Source of the DNA: Pristiophorus japonicus
Lineage: Eukaryota
Assembly: GCF_044704955.1 (NCBI RefSeq)
Contig: NC_091979.1
Location: 305,536,001 to 305,600,000, forward strand
DNA: 64,000 nt
Direction of reading: 5' to 3'
Part shown: positions 1 through 13,090 of the stretch, piece by piece
Numbering within the stretch: position 1 is the stretch's first letter
How the letters are laid out: each line of letters opens with the position of its first letter
Position numbers and translations under genes: made by a program
The notes under the pieces: model-generated
Seen by the model: only the letters and a program-made list of their open reading frames with translations
Told to the model about the DNA's origin: nothing
Databases searched by the model: none

Positions 1-96
1 GGGACTTGGGGAGATGGCAGGTAGGTCTACTTAAAAGGGAGGAACTTGCTAGGCCTAGTGCCTTTTTCCAGTATCATAAAATTCTGCACTCCTTTT

Positions 97-366
97 TGTA
101 GTATACGCAAGCACTCTAATAACGACTCCACGAGGTAAGGGTATAGTACTTGAACTGTAGTGACCTTAGTCCATTTATTGAAGCTCCTTGAGTGAGGACA
201 TCAAGAGGTGAGCTCACTTTTATACTTACCGGTAGTTACCTGCAATGTGCAGGTGACTCTTAGATCTCCACCAGTCGCACCCTCTGGTGGTACAGGTATG
301 GTGTATACAAGGTGAAGGTACATTCAGTGGTCTAGTGTTACAGTACACACATTAACATACATAACA
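97..366 (-). mobile_element. Solo LTR (Gypsy-type)
   Basis: TGT...ACA termini; AATAAA and TATA-like motif on the minus strand; flanks CTTTT/CTTAT (imperfect 5-bp TSD); layout shared with the other LTRs in the window. Confidence 0.7.
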
Positions 367-1225
367 CTTATGACTTCATGAGTTGATGTGATGCTGCATC
401 ATGTGTACAGTTTTGGTCTCCTTACTTAAGGAAGGACATATGCAGAGGGGGCTGTAACATTCACTCATCTAACATAATATTGCTGCCCTTTCACATGCAG
501 CACGCTGGCATTTCGAGTTACAGCAGTAATACTCCAAGCGATAGAGTAAGAGATTATTGGGCTGTATGTTGCACAGAGCTTGTGAAATTTATCAGTGTCT
601 CCTAGAATCGATCTAAAATTGTATAAAATCCATTGATGAGTTTCACCGCCTCCCCTTCCCAGTTTAATGCAATCTGTGCCGAACCCTAGGGATGAGTTAG
701 ATTTGATCCCTGCTCTGTGCAGTCTGCGATCGAGTGGCACTGGTTTGAGAGGCATCGCCCTCTAGGAAGAGGGTGGATGGGTGGGGAGAGCCACACTTGG
801 TAATGTGTAGCACCTCCTGGCAGCTGCGTACAGAGAATGTTGGCAGGCTGCCTGCTCATCATCTCCACACCAGGGATGGGCTGGCTAAAGTCAGCTGATA
901 GAGGGATGATTCATAAAAGGGCATAAGATGTCATTGGTATTTTTAAAATCCTCCCCTTTTTAATTTTAACAGCCTTTCCTTCAGTAGTGATAAATGAGAG
1001 ATGATATCATATTTAAGTTCCTTTCTGTGTATGTGCTGTACAAAAATGGCACCATAGTGCCACATACTGGCTGCTGACAGGTGCTGCATCGGCCAGACCG
1101 CACAGCTAGTCTAAATGAGTATGAGGGAGAGAAAACAACTGAAGTGAATTAAGACAGTTAATAAAAACACTGATTGATTGATTGAAAGCAATTATACAGT
1201 GCCAGTCAATACTTGACCAACTTCC

Positions 1226-1422
1226 AGCCGTGGAACAGTGGTAGCACTCCTGCCTCTGAGTCAGAGGTCATAGGTTCAAGCCCCACTCCAGAGGCTTGAG
1301 CACACAAATAGGCTGACACACCCAGTGCAGTACGGAGAGAGCGCTGCACAGTCAGAAGTGCTGGCTTTTGGATGAGACGTTAACTGAGGGCCCCATACCC
1401 CATTTGCCCCCTCAGGTGGATG
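1226..1422 (+). mobile_element. tRNA-derived Deu-domain SINE (SacSINE1-like), 5' part
   Basis: tRNA-like head (TGGTAGCAC...GGTTCAAGCCCC B-box) followed by the Deu-like core GGATGAGACGTTAA. Confidence 0.75.
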
Positions 1423-2074
1423 CCAATTCTTTCATTGAACTTTTCATAAGCATTCTTGTTTTGGAATTGGGAGTTGATATCTGTGTGTTCTTTATGGGGC
1501 TATTGTAGAAGGTTAGTGAGAGAGCGAGTTCTGGGGGAGGGCTCAGAGCTCAAACTTAGAAATGAATCTACACTTTTAGCAGTAGTTTTATTTCCATTGG
1601 CTTCCCTTACAGATATTTTAACGTAGAATTGCTTCTTCAGATTAAATAAAGAATTGTAATCATGTTGGCTACTTTTGGTGCTCGAGAAATGCACTCCAGT
1701 GGGGGTTGGGCCTCTGTTAGCTTACCCACTTCATTGGTCAACAACTCTGTCATGAAAACATGTCGAACGAATCCGAGATCTACAACATTGATCAGGCAGC
1801 TGTGAGTTCATCACATGTCGGTAATGTAATTTAACGTTCAGCAGTTCAGCTTTGTGGTATTGCACAAAAAAAATATTTTTTTTCCCCACTGGTTAATAGT
1901 GACAACCTCCAATCCTAATCACTTAGAACCAATCAGCTTCTGGAGGGCATGAACGGATCCTGTGTGAACTTTACAGACTTTACTTTCTCCCACTGTTGGT
2001 TCTGCGGGAGCTTGAACTTCCCCCTCCCTCGACTCCAACACTGGTGGTAGACCCTTCAAGCCATTTCAACCTCA

Positions 2075-2222
2075 CGCTGTGGGTCTCTTTACCTAAACCT
2101 CTCTGTCATGCTACCTGCCCCACCTTCAACAGTCCTCTCCACACCTTTCTCTTTGACTATGCTTTTGATCTTTCTGAAGTAAATGTTTACAGAGATAAAA
2201 CTGCTATATAAATGCAAGTTTT
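2075..2222 (+). mobile_element. L2-type LINE 3' end fragment
   Basis: CCTAAACCTCTC...CTCTTTGAC...GCTATATAAATGCAAGTT, similar to the L2 3' ends at 29210-29880 and 55016-55530. Confidence 0.5.
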
Positions 2223-2289
2223 TCATTTTGTCATGGTTATTGCCATCGAGATTGTGTTCAGATAAGCTGATGGTTTCTGAGAGTCACAG

Positions 2290-3750
2290 TTACAGAACTG
2301 TTCCCGCAGATTGGAAGGTAGCTAATGTAATTTCGCTATTTAAGAAAAGAGGGAAAGAGAAAATAGGGAACAACCGACTAGTTAGCCTGACATCAGTCAT
2401 AGCGAAAATGCTAGAATCTATTATTAAGGACATGGTACAGGGCACTTCGAAAATAATAATAGGATTGGGCAGAGTCAACACGGATTTATGAAAGGGAATC
2501 CGTTAGTTTTTTGAGGTTGTAACTAGCAGAATAGATCAGGGGGTTACCAGTAGATGTGGTGTATTTGGATTTTCAGAAGACATTCGATAAGGTGCCACAC
2601 AAAAGGCTATTGAACAAAATTGGGGCTTATGGGATTGGGGGTAATATACTAGCATGGATTGAGGATTGGTTAACGGACAGAAGACAGAGAGTAGGAATAA
2701 ATTGGTCATTTTCAGGTTGGCAGGCTGTAACTAGTTGGGTACCGCAAGGATCAGTGCTTGGGTCTCAGCTATTCACTATGTATCAATGATTTGGATGAGG
2801 GGACCAAATGTAATATATCCAAGTTTGCTGATGATATAAAGCTAGCTGGAAATGTAATTTGTGAGGAGGATGCAAAGAGACTTCAAGGGGATATAGACAG
2901 GCTAAGTGAATGGGTAAGATCATGGCAAATGGAATATAATGTGGAGAAATGTGAAGTTATCCACTTTGGTAGGAAAAATAGAAAAGCAGAGTATTTTTTA
3001 AACGGTGAGAGATTGGGAAATGTTGGTGTTGAAAGGGATCTGGGTGTCCTTGTACACAAATCACAAAGTTAACATGCAGATACAGCAACAGCAGGGGATT
3101 AAGAAAGCAAATGGAATGTCGGCCTTTATTAAAGGAGTATTTGGGTACAAGAGTAAAGATGTCTTACTGCAATTATATAGGGCCCTAGTGAGACCGCACC
3201 TGGAGCATTGTATACAGTTTTGGTCTCCTTACTTAAGGAAGGATATATTTGCCATTGACTGAGTGCCATGAAGGTTCACCAGACTGATTCCTGGAATGGG
3301 GGGATTGTCCTATGAGGAGAGATTGAGTAGACCAGGTCTATATTCTCTAGAGTTTAGAAGAATGAGAGGTGATCTCATTGAAACGTACAAAATTCATACA
3401 GGGCTTGACATGGTAGATGCAGGGAGGCTGTTTTCTCTGGCTGGGGAGTCTAGAATCAGGGGTGTCAGTCTCAGAATAAGGGGTCGGCCATTTAGGACTG
3501 AGATGAGGAGAAACTTCTTCACTCAGAGGGTGGTGTATCTCTGGAATTCTCTACCCCAGAGGGCTGTGGAGGCTCAGTATTTGAGTATATTCAAGACAGA
3601 GCTCAATAGATTTTTGGATAATAAGGGACATGGGGACAGTGCAGAAAAGTGGAGTTGAGGTAGAAAAATAGCCGTGATCTCATTGAATGGCGGAGCAGGC
3701 TTGAGGGGCCGAATGGCCTACTCCTGCTCCTCATTCTTATGTTCTTGTGC
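2290..3750 (+). mobile_element. CR1 LINE, 5'-truncated, frameshifted RT
   Basis: ORF fragments with VYLDFQKTFDKVPH, VPQGSVLG, KFADD, LVRPHLE, FFTQRVVYLWNSLP; CR1 3' end with TTCTTATG-type tail. Confidence 0.95.
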
Positions 3751-4564
3751 GTTTATTTAATGCTTGTCCCCAAAGAGGTTATTCGGATTGAGATTTATTT
3801 TTTCAAAGACGAGTTGTAGCTGATGTTTTTGAGGAGGGTAGTATGTTCCCTGGTGTGAATGCAGTAGGTGGCTTTATTTGAGCATTCCTGTCACTATGTT
3901 TACACCACAGAAATAATTGAGTGAGGCTGACTTTTACTCATTTTAAAAACATGATACAAAGGTTCCCGTATTTAGGATTTAGCGGTAGGGTCCTACCGTG
4001 ATGTGCATAGACCATTGGTCAGTTTGTGGGCAAGTTTGCAGTCTTGGTTATGTTGCGTAACATTGAAAGCTGTGTTCAGATTGTTCAGTCCCTTTGTTAC
4101 TGCACAGCGAGCAGGGCAAACCCACACCATTTGTATTCGAATGGTCAAGGTCCCATGGGAAATCGAGCGAATGACCTGGACAATCAGCAAGATGTTTAAT
4201 AGATTGTAAAACTCGGACTGCAAGCATCTGTCAAGCCAATGTAAGAGCACAAAATTCAGCTTCCTCTGCCTGTCCCGACAAACCATATTTTACTGCACTT
4301 CAGGTTTCTTTTAATAACTGCAGCGTGTAATGATTTTTATTCCAGTCGAAGAAATAAATCCACTTGACAGGGGTCAAAAGTGCAGTATTGGTGGGAATTG
4401 CTGTTGGGTGATATTCAAGGCCGAATCTTAATGCACCCATATGACCTTCCTCTACCTGCTATTTTAATGGAGGCGTTAACCCGTTATCTTAAATGAGCTA
4501 GCTGTTCTGATAAAAATGTTCACAAAAGAACATTGTGTGAATCGGTTAAGCATTTATCTGCTGT

Positions 4565-6235
4565 GGCGGTGGGAAGCAAGAGGTGCAGGCGATGGCGGGG
4601 GGGGGGGGATGGTGAAGCAGCGGGTGGGGGGAGGGGCGGGGGGAGCGAGGGACGGGGGGAGCCAGGGGCAGAGGGAAGCAAAGGGCGAGGGTAGGTGGAA
4701 GCAAGAGACGGCGGGGGGTGGGGGGGGAGAGCAAGGGGCATGGGCGGAAGTAAAAAATGGGACGGGGGAAACAAATGGGGGGGGGAGCAGCGGGCAGTGG
4801 GGGAAGCAAGGGTCGGGGGTGGGGTGGGAAGCAAGGGGCGTGGGGGGAGCAAGGGTTGGGGCGGGGGGAAATCAAGGGACGGGGTATGCGGGGGCAAAGC
4901 GAGGGGTGGGAGGGGTTTAAGCGAGTGGAGGGGGAGGGGTAAGCAAGGGGCAGGGGGAAGCAAGGGCGATGGGCTGTGGTGGGGAAGCAAGGGGTGGAGG
5001 TACGTGGGCGGGGGTGAAGCGGGGGGGCAGGGGGGGTGGAGAAAGCGAGGGCAGGGGGAAAACGAGGGACGGGGGTGGGTGGAGGCAGTGAAAGGCCGGG
5101 GAGGAAATGGCGTGGGGGAAGCAAGGGTCAAGGGGCGGGAGGCAAAGCGAGGGATGGGGGGGGGGCGCAATGGTGAGGGGCGTTGGGGAAGCAGGGGAGG
5201 GGGGGAGCGGAAAGTGAGGGATAGGACCGTGCGGAGGTGGGAAGCGAGGGACGGGGGGGGGGTGGGAAGCGAGGGATGGGGGAAGTGGGAGGGGAAGTGA
5301 GGGACGGGAAAGTGAGTGACAGGGGAGGTGAGGGACAGGACGGTGGGGGACGATGGGCGGAAGCGAGGGGGTCGGGGGCGAGGGACGGGGAGGGAAGCGA
5401 GGGACGGGGGTGGGGTTACAGAAAACAAGGGGCGGGGCGAGGGGGGGAAAGCAAGGGGCGATGGAGGGGAAGCGACGGGCGGTGGGAGGTAAGCGAGGGG
5501 CGGGGCGGTGGGAGGTAAGCGAGGGGCGGGGCGGTGGGAGGTAAGCGAGGGGCGGGGCGGTGGGAGGTAAGCGAGGGGCGGGGCGGTGGGAGGTAAGCGA
5601 GGGGCGGGGCGGTGGGAGGTAAGCGAGGGGCGGGGCAGTGGGAGGTAAGCGAGGGGCGGGGCGGTGGGAGGGGAAGCGAGGGGTGGGGCGGTGGAAGGTG
5701 AGCGAGGGGCGGGGCGGTGGGAGGTAAGCGAGGGGTGGGGCGGTGGAAGGTGAGCGAGGGGCGGGGCGGTGGGAGGTAAGCGAGGGGCGGGGCAGTGGGA
5801 GGTAAGTGAGGGGCGGGGCGGTGGGAGGGTAAGCGAGGGGTGGGGCGGTGCAAGGTAAGCGAGGGGTGGGGCAGTGGGAGGTAAGCGAGGGGTGGGGCGG
5901 TGGAAGGTAAGCGAGGGGTGGGAGGCAAGCGAGGGGTGGGGCGGTGGGAGGTAAGCGAGGGGTGGGAGGTAAGCGAGGGGTGGGGCGGTGGGAGGTAAGC
6001 GAGGGGTGGGGCGGTGGGAGGTAAGCGAGGGGCGGGGCGGTGGGAGGTGAAGCGAGGGGTGGGGCGGTGGGAGGGGAAGCGAGGGGCAAAGTGGGGTGGG
6101 GCAAGGGGGGAGCGGGGCGGAAGCGAGGGGGTGGAAAGCGAGGCGAGAGGGCGGGGAGCGAGGTTATGGGGGCGGGATGAAGTGGGGTTGTGAGGGGGAA
6201 GAGAGATGTGGTTATGGTGGGGGCTGGGTGAGCAA
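4565..6235. repeat. G-rich low-complexity tract with 26-bp minisatellite (GGTGGGAGGTAAGCGAGGGGCGGGGC)n at ~5481-6085
   Basis: Tandem units read directly; the flanking parts are degenerate versions with a GGGAAGCRAGGG core; the Pro/Gly-rich ORFs are artefacts. Confidence 0.95.
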
Positions 6236-6761
6236 GGCCTGCTGGGAAGTGCACTATAACATGGCCTTGGCATTACAAAATGCCCCTTCCCCGTAGCTAA
6301 AGGTAATACTGTGATAAAGATTTTCTTGAAGTGTGCTGTCCCTGTGGTCTGTGATGACATTATTATAGGATTATAAATCTGCGCTCAAAATTGACAAGCT
6401 TGCATTAGGCATTTTTGAAGTAGACGAGGATTTAATTCGAGACGATAACTCAGAACTTTAAAGGGATACCATTGAGAACAGAATGAAATAACCATTTTTT
6501 TTTAAACCCACAACAACCATTAATATTCCCAGCAGCTGCAATAAATAACACCCATAACAGCGAGCTGCATTCTGTTCTCAGGAGCCAGGTGAGTAGTGGG
6601 GCTGTGATTTAGATTCGGTTTGATGAGCTGTAACCTGCTGTCAGTGAATATACTTGCCTTGCAGAGATGTGACACATGCGTGCTTGTCCCAGACCCTGTT
6701 GCAGGCAGAATATGTATACTTTTTATACAAAGAACCAAATAATGATTAGCACAGGGTTCCA

Positions 6762-6995
6762 CATTCTAACCATTCTCTGGGTAAAGTAGTTTCTCCTGAA
6801 TTCCCGGTTGGATTTATTTGTGACTATTTTATATTTATGGCCCCTGGTTTTGGTTCTCCTCTACAAGTGAAAACATTTTCTCTGCATCTATCCAATACAC
6901 CCTTTCATAATCTTAAAGACGTCTATCAGGTCACCCCTCAACTCTAGAGAAAAGAGTTCAAATGGAGTAAGAGGGACCAAAACTGAGTTGTAAAC
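6762..6995 (-). mobile_element. Degenerate CR1 fragment
   Basis: Minus-strand LFSLELRGDLIDVFKIMKG motif. Confidence 0.7.
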
Positions 6996-7039
6996 TGAAG
7001 AGCTAGGATTCAAAATATGGCACAATAAATGAGCAGTCT

Positions 7040-7642
7040 CATAGAAACATAGAAAATAGATGCAGGAGCAGGCCATTCAGCCCTTCGAGCCTGCACCACC
7101 ATTCAATATGATCATGGCTGATCATTCACCTCAGTACCCCTTTCCTGCTTTCTCTCCATACCCCCTGTTCCCTTTAACCGTAAGGGCCACAACTAACTCC
7201 CTTTTGAATATACCTAACGAACTGGCCTCAACAACTTTCTGTGGTAGAGAATTCCACAGGTTCACAATTCTGAGTGAAGAAGTTTCTCCTCATCTCGGTC
7301 CTAAATGGCTTACCCCTTATCCTTAGAATGTGTCCCTCGTTCTGGACTTCCCCAACATCGGGAACATTCTTCCTGCATCTAATCTGTCCAATCCCGTCAG
7401 AATTTTATATGTTTCTATGAGATCCCCTCTCATTCTTCTAAATTCCAGTGAATATAAGCCCAGTCGATCCAGTCTTTCTTATGTCAGTCCTGCCATCCTG
7501 GGAATCAGTCTGGTGAACCTTCGCTGCACTTCCTCAGAATGTCCTTCCTCAGGTTAGGAGACCAAAACTGTACACAATATTCAAGGTGTGGTCTCACCAA
7601 GGCCCTGTACAACTGCAGTAAGACTTCCCTGCTCCTATACCC
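7040..7642 (-). mobile_element. CR1 LINE 3' fragment
   Basis: CATAGAAA tail repeat on the plus strand; [18 protein letters not shown] on the minus strand. Confidence 0.92.
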
Positions 7643-7864
7643 ATGGGAGCTGTTCGTTATATGTGCTTGCATCAGTAACATTGATTTGAAACTATGCATC
7701 AAAGAAAAGAAAAGCTTCTTGAGACTTATTACACAGGTTACTCTGAATGACTGACTAATAATTTCAAATATTATTGAAATGCAGAATATTGAAGTGCACC
7801 ATTCTCCGTGGAATACAAGAGGGAATTTGTGTATTTTAATGAGGCATAAGATACTGTGGCTGTA

Positions 7865-8272
7865 TCATCATCATAGGCAGTCCCCGGAATCGAGGAAGAC
7901 TTGCTTCCATTCTTAGCATGAGTTCTTAGGTGGCTGCACAGTCCAATACGAGAACCACAGATTCTGTCACAGGTGGGACAGATAGTCGTTGAGGGAAGGG
8001 GTGGGTGGGACTAGTTTGCCGCACACTCTTTCCGCTGCCTGCACTTGACTTCTGCATGCTCTCGGCGACAAGATTCGAGGTGCTCAGCGCCCTCCCAGAT
8101 GCACTTTCTCCACTTAGGGCGATCTTGGGCCAGGGACTCCCAGGTGTCAGTGGGGATGTTGCACTTTATCAGGGAGGCTTTGAGGGTGACCTTGTAACAT
8201 TTCCTCTGCCCTCCTTTGACTCTTATGCCGTGGAGGACTTCTGAGTAGAGCGCTTGCTTTGCGGGTCTCGTG
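7865..8272 (-). mobile_element. RTE LINE 3' fragment
   Basis: (CAT)n tail plus AGGCAGTCCCCGGAATCGAGGAAGAC; peptide KVTLKASLIKCNIPTDTWESLAQDRPKWR. Confidence 0.9.
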
Positions 8273-8369
8273 TGGCTGTATGGTGTAGTGACAGAAGCAG
8301 TCTCAGTGATGTGAACAGTGCGTCTGTGTAGGGGGTGCTGTGCAGCAGAGTGCTCCATGTAGAAAGAGA

Positions 8370-8662
8370 AAGAAAGACTTGAACTTTCACGACCTCCCAA
8401 AGCACATCACAGCAACTGAAGTACTTTTTGAAGTGTAGTCACTGTTTGTAATGTAGCAAATGCGACAGCCAATATGCACACAGCAAGGTCCCACACACAG
8501 CAAGGTCCCACAAACAGCAATGTGATGATGATGACCAGCTAACTTTTTTTTAGTGGTGTTGGTTGAGAAATATAGGGCTGGATAACGGGGAGAATTCCCC
8601 TGCTCTTCTTCGAAATCTCCTGCTCTTCTTCGAAATCTCCTGCTCTTCTTCGAAATCTCCTG
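8370..8662 (-). mobile_element. Deu-SINE 3' half with internal tandem duplications (17-bp x2, 20-bp x3)
   Basis: Matches the SINE copies at 41323 and 42840; CCTGCTCTTCTTCGAAATCT repeated three times. Confidence 0.75.
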
Positions 8663-8719
8663 CAATAACTTCTCTTCCTGCTCCCCATTGTTGCTTCTGG
8701 ACTCCGCTAAGGATTTGTT

Positions 8720-8925
8720 AGTCTGGAACTCACTGCCTGAAAGGGTGGTAGAGGCAGAAACCCTCATGGCATTTAAAAAGTACTTGGATATACACTTGAA
8801 GTGCCATAACCTACAAGGCTACGGACCAAGAGCCGGAAAGTGGGACTAGGCTGGATAGCTCTTTGTTGGCCGGCGCGTACACGATGGGCCAAATGGCCTC
8901 TTTCTGTGCTTTAAGTTTCAATGAT
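8720..8925 (+). mobile_element. CR1 3' end fragment
   Basis: TGGAACTCACTGCCTGAAAGGGTGG (WNSLPERVV) and a CR1 terminal hairpin-like motif. Confidence 0.8.
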
Positions 8926-8927
8926 TG

Positions 8928-9110
8928 GTCCCCTCTTATTTCTCATCTACATGCTGCCCCTTGGTGACATCATCCGAAAACACATTGTCAAGTGCCACAT
9001 GTATGTTGATAGCACCTAGCTCTCTTGTTTGTACTTAATCGGTTATAAAGTGCTTTAGGACATCCTGAGAGTGTGAAAAGTGCTATATAGAAGCAAGTGT
9101 TCTTTCTTTG
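8928..9110 (+). mobile_element. L2-type RT and 3' fragments
   Basis: Translates [18 protein letters not shown]...HMYVD (decayed YADD). Confidence 0.65.
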
Positions 9111-9574
9111 ATCTTGCAATTTTTTTTTTAATGATGATGAATGGAAAAAAACAAGATTAACCAGGAGCTGGGGTAGTTTAGCCTCAACTCCACTCTACCA
9201 GGCAGAAGTCGAATGAATATAACCGTTACTACACAGGGGAGGAATGAATTCAAATCAGAGTTGCAGGGAGAGGGTTCCAATTTAAAATATAAATACCTTT
9301 GGCCAAAACCAAGCCAAAGTTGAAGAAAGTGGCCACCACTTAGCCAGCCATTCTAAACTTTCGGAATGAACACGAGGTGGTGAACTTAATGGCCCAGCTT
9401 AAAGAATTGAAGAAGAACAGAGAACATGGGAAACAGGCAGCAGCCCATCTTCCCAACATTGCAATAGCGGGAGCCAACAACAAGCCACGAGAAGGCACAG
9501 CAAGTTGCCATGCGTGGTGACTCGCTGTGCTTCACCTACAGCTGCCGTTAGCGTTTCTGAAATAATGATGCACT

Positions 9575-9830
9575 GAATAAATAAATGTGTCCCCCTTTGT
9601 AAAGGGGCACAACTAATAAACAACGTAACCACAAAAGGAAACTTAGCAAGTTGAATAATAATATTACACCTTGTATCTACCACCCACTTCAGTCCCTGTG
9701 GTATCCACAAAGGCCTCAAGCATACACTGAAACACTGGCTGCTTCTTCTCCAGAGCCACCCGGACACGGACAATAGCACGGAGGAGAGGCAGGCAGCCAG
9801 TGTGATCACCCCCGCAGATTGTGTCCAACC
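9575..9830 (-). mobile_element. Tx1/L1-clade LINE 3' end fragment
   Basis: Peptide CLPLLRAIVRVRVALEKK...LEAF resembles the Tx1 ORF2 C-terminus, followed by a GTGCCCCTTT...AAAGGGGGAC hairpin. Confidence 0.6.
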
Positions 9831-9832
9831 TG

Positions 9833-12490
9833 GACCAGAGGAGGAAGAACAACGCCTTCACGGAGTCGGCTTCGCCATCAAAAACGAGCTGGTCGACTAC
9901 TTCAAAGACTCCCCCTGTGGGGTTAACGAACGCCTCATGGCTCTTCAACACACCCTATCCCGGAACCAATGCTCCACAGTCCAGTGCATACGCCCCAACA
10001 CTTGATGCAACGGATGAGACCAAAGAGGGTTTTTACTCCAATCTCTCAAAATCCCTGTCCTGCGTCCCCGTGGACGACAAACTGATCCTCCTAGGTAACT
10101 TCAACGCCAGGGTCGGCAAAGACACAGCTCTCTGGGGAGGCGTGATTGACAGAGATGGGGTAGGGAAAGCCAACTCCAGCGGTACCCTACTCCTGACAAA
10201 ATGTCTAGAACATGAACTTCTCATCACCAACACCCTGTTCCGCCAGGGGGACAAATACAAGGCATCGTGGCAACACCCTCGCTCCAAGCACTGACACCTG
10301 CTCGACTATGTCATCGTCCGAGCCAGGGATCGCAAGGATGTGTGCATCACCCGCGCCATGACAGGAGCTGGACGGTCCATCATTGACATCAACAAAGCCC
10401 CAAAGCGGAGGGGACAGCAGAAGCAGTGCCGCAAAAATGTCAATGCCGGGGCACTTAAAGACCAAGCTAAGAGAGCCCTATACAGCCAGCGCCTCACAGC
10501 TAATCTGGCGTGCCTTGATGACCCTGAGACACAGAATGCCCAAAGCACTTGGTCTGCCCTCCAGGCTTCCATAACCAGTGCCTGCAAAGAGACGCTTGGT
10601 CACTCAACCAGAAAACATGAGGACTGGTTTGATGAGAATGATCAGGAGATCGAAGAACTAATAGATCGCAAGCGCAGAGCATTTCTGAGCCATAAGCAAC
10701 AACCCAACTCTGGAACAGCAAAGCAACATTACAGGCGGCTCAAGGCTGAGGTCAAACAAAAAACCCGGAACCTGAAGAACAGGTGGTAGATGGAGAAAGC
10801 ACAGGAGATACAATAACTGGCCGACAGCCATGATGTGCGAGGGTTTTTCATCGCAGTCAAGGCCACCTATGGTCCAAACTCCCAAAGCCCCACCCTACTC
10901 CTGGCCAAGGGGAAACACTCCAAGGACACCGAGGCAGTCAGGGCCCGCTAGAAGGAGCACTTCGAAGATCTCCTCAATCGTGACTCTGCCTTTGACTCGG
11001 GTGTTCTCGACTCCATCCCACAGCATGCGACCCTTCACCACCTCAGTAAAACCCCAACATTGCATGAGGTAGGAAAAGCCATAAAACAGCTCAAGAACAA
11101 CAAGGCTACGGGAGCGGATGGAATCCCAGGCACTAAAGTATGGCGGAGAGGCGCTGTTGGCACAGATACATGACCTCATCTCTCTCATCTGGAGGGAGGA
11201 GAGCATGCCGGGAGATCTCAGAGATGCAGTGATCGTGAACATCTTTAAAAAAGGGGACAAGTCCGACTGCGGCAACTACAGAGGAATATCCCTGCTATCA
11301 GCCACTGGGAAAGTTGTCGCTAGAGTCCTCCTCAACCGTCTTCTCCCTGTGGCCGAGGAGCTCCTCTCGGAATCACAATGCGGATTTCGTCCCCGACGGG
11401 GCACAACGGACATGATCTTTGCAGCGCGACAGCCGCAGAAAAAATGCAGGGAGCAGCGCCAGCCCTTATACATGGTCGCCTTCGACTTTACAAAGGCCTT
11501 TGACATTGTCAACCGCGAGGATCTATGGAGCGTCGTCCTCCGTTTTAGATGCCCCCAAAAGTTCGTCGACATCCTCCGACTGCTCCACGATGACCTACAT
11601 GCCGTGATCCTTATCAACGGATCCATCACAGACCCAATCCACGTCTGGACCGGGGTCAAACAGGCTGCATCATCGCTCCAATCCTCTTCTCAATCTTCCT
11701 CGCTAACAAGTTCCCCGTTGGAGTGGAACTAAACTACAGAACCAGTGGGACGCTGTTCAACCTTCGCCGTCTCTAGGCCAGATCCAAGTCCACCCTGAGG
11801 AAAAGAGTGTTCGAAGACCAGGCCCTCAAATCTACCACCAAGCTCATGGTCTACAGGGTTGTAGTAATACCCACCCTCTTGTATGGCTCAGAGACATGGA
11901 CCATGTACAGTAGACAACTCAAGTCGCTGGAGAAATACCACCAACGATGTCTCCGCAAGATCCTGCAAATCCCCTGGGAGGACAGACGCACCAACATTAG
12001 TGTCCTCGACCAGGCCAACATCCCCAGCATTGAAGCACTGACCACACTTGATCAGCTCCGCTGGGCAGGCCACATTGTCCGCATGCCAGACATGAGACTC
12101 CCAAAGCAGGCGCTCTAGTCGGAACTCCTTCATGGCAAACAAGACAAAGGTGGACAGAGGAAACGTTACAAGGACACCCTCAAAGCCTCCCTGATAACGT
12201 GAAACATTCCCACTGACACCTGGGAGTCCCTGGCCAAGGACCGCCTGAAATAGAGGAAGTGCATTTGGGAGGGCGCTGAGCACCTCGAGTCTTATTGGCG
12301 AGTGCATGCAGAAATCAAGCGCAGGCAGGGGAAAGAACGTGCGGCAAACCAGTCCCACCCTCCCTTACCCTCAACGACTGTCTGTCCCACCTGTGGCAGG
12401 GACTGTGGCTCTCGTATTGGACTGTTCAGCCACCTAAGGACACATTCTCAGAAGTCTTCCTCGATTCCAAGGGACTGCCTATGATGATGA
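9833..12490 (+). mobile_element. RTE LINE (APE endonuclease + RT), 5'-truncated, internal deletions, stops
   Basis: HGVGFAIKN, LILLGNFNARVG, SWQHPRSKH, NYRGISLLS, QCGFRPRRGTTDMIF, C-terminal CPTC..H motif, (ATG)n tail. Confidence 0.95.
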
Positions 12491-12659
12491 TAGGCGACTA
12501 CCGTTAGCTTTTGCTGCCATGAGTGTAACGGAAGTTTTGCGATTTGGTGCTCCCGGTATGGAGCTTTATGCCTGTCAAGAATCGTGACACAGCCATCAGT
12601 GCATCCGATTCATGGACCATACAGTTTTTTGGCCAATAGAATGAAACATTTTGTAGTGT

Positions 12660-13090
12660 AGAAAACACGACAGTCAATTTGTGCACAGCAAGGTCCCATG
12701 AATGATGATGACCAGATAATCAGTTTTAGTGATGTTATTTGATGGAATGAATATGGGCCAGGACACCAGGGGAGCTCTCTGGCTCCTCTTCAAATAGTCC
12801 CAATGGGCAGATGCTCTCACATCCACTTGATAGGACAGACAGGGCATTGGTTTAACTGTTAAGTATCAAATAACTCCACAAGGGTAAGTATGGTGAGCTA
12901 GTTCAGGCATGACCTTACTCCAGTTTATTTATTCTCAAAGTGAGGATTCAACATGGCTGCCAACATTATATACACGGCTTGCACTTGTCAGCCAGTGACC
13001 AATAGGACTCCGACAGTCGCGCCCTCCGGTGGCAGGTAAAACCCGGTTAATATACACAACAATAACATCCGAAAGACAGCACCTCTGAGA
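12660..13090 (-). mobile_element. Deu-SINE interrupted by a solo LTR
   Basis: SINE sequence ...GGTTTAAC resumes as ATCCGAAAGACAGCACC after the LTR. Confidence 0.7.
12857..13061 (-). mobile_element. Solo LTR
   Basis: TGTT...AACA termini; TSD TTAAC/ATAAC; minus-strand AATAAA. Confidence 0.8.

Noticed and set aside
1226-1290. tRNA-like sequences here and at the other SINE heads
   Set aside because: They continue into SINE bodies and lack a full cloverleaf; not tRNA genes
4516-6360. Long Pro-rich and Gly-rich ORFs (up to 445 aa)
   Set aside because: Open in several frames on both strands because the G-rich repeat lacks stop codons
9340-9580. Purine-rich open frames followed by AATAAA
   Set aside because: No homology recognised; the AATAAA may belong to the adjacent antisense Tx1 tail
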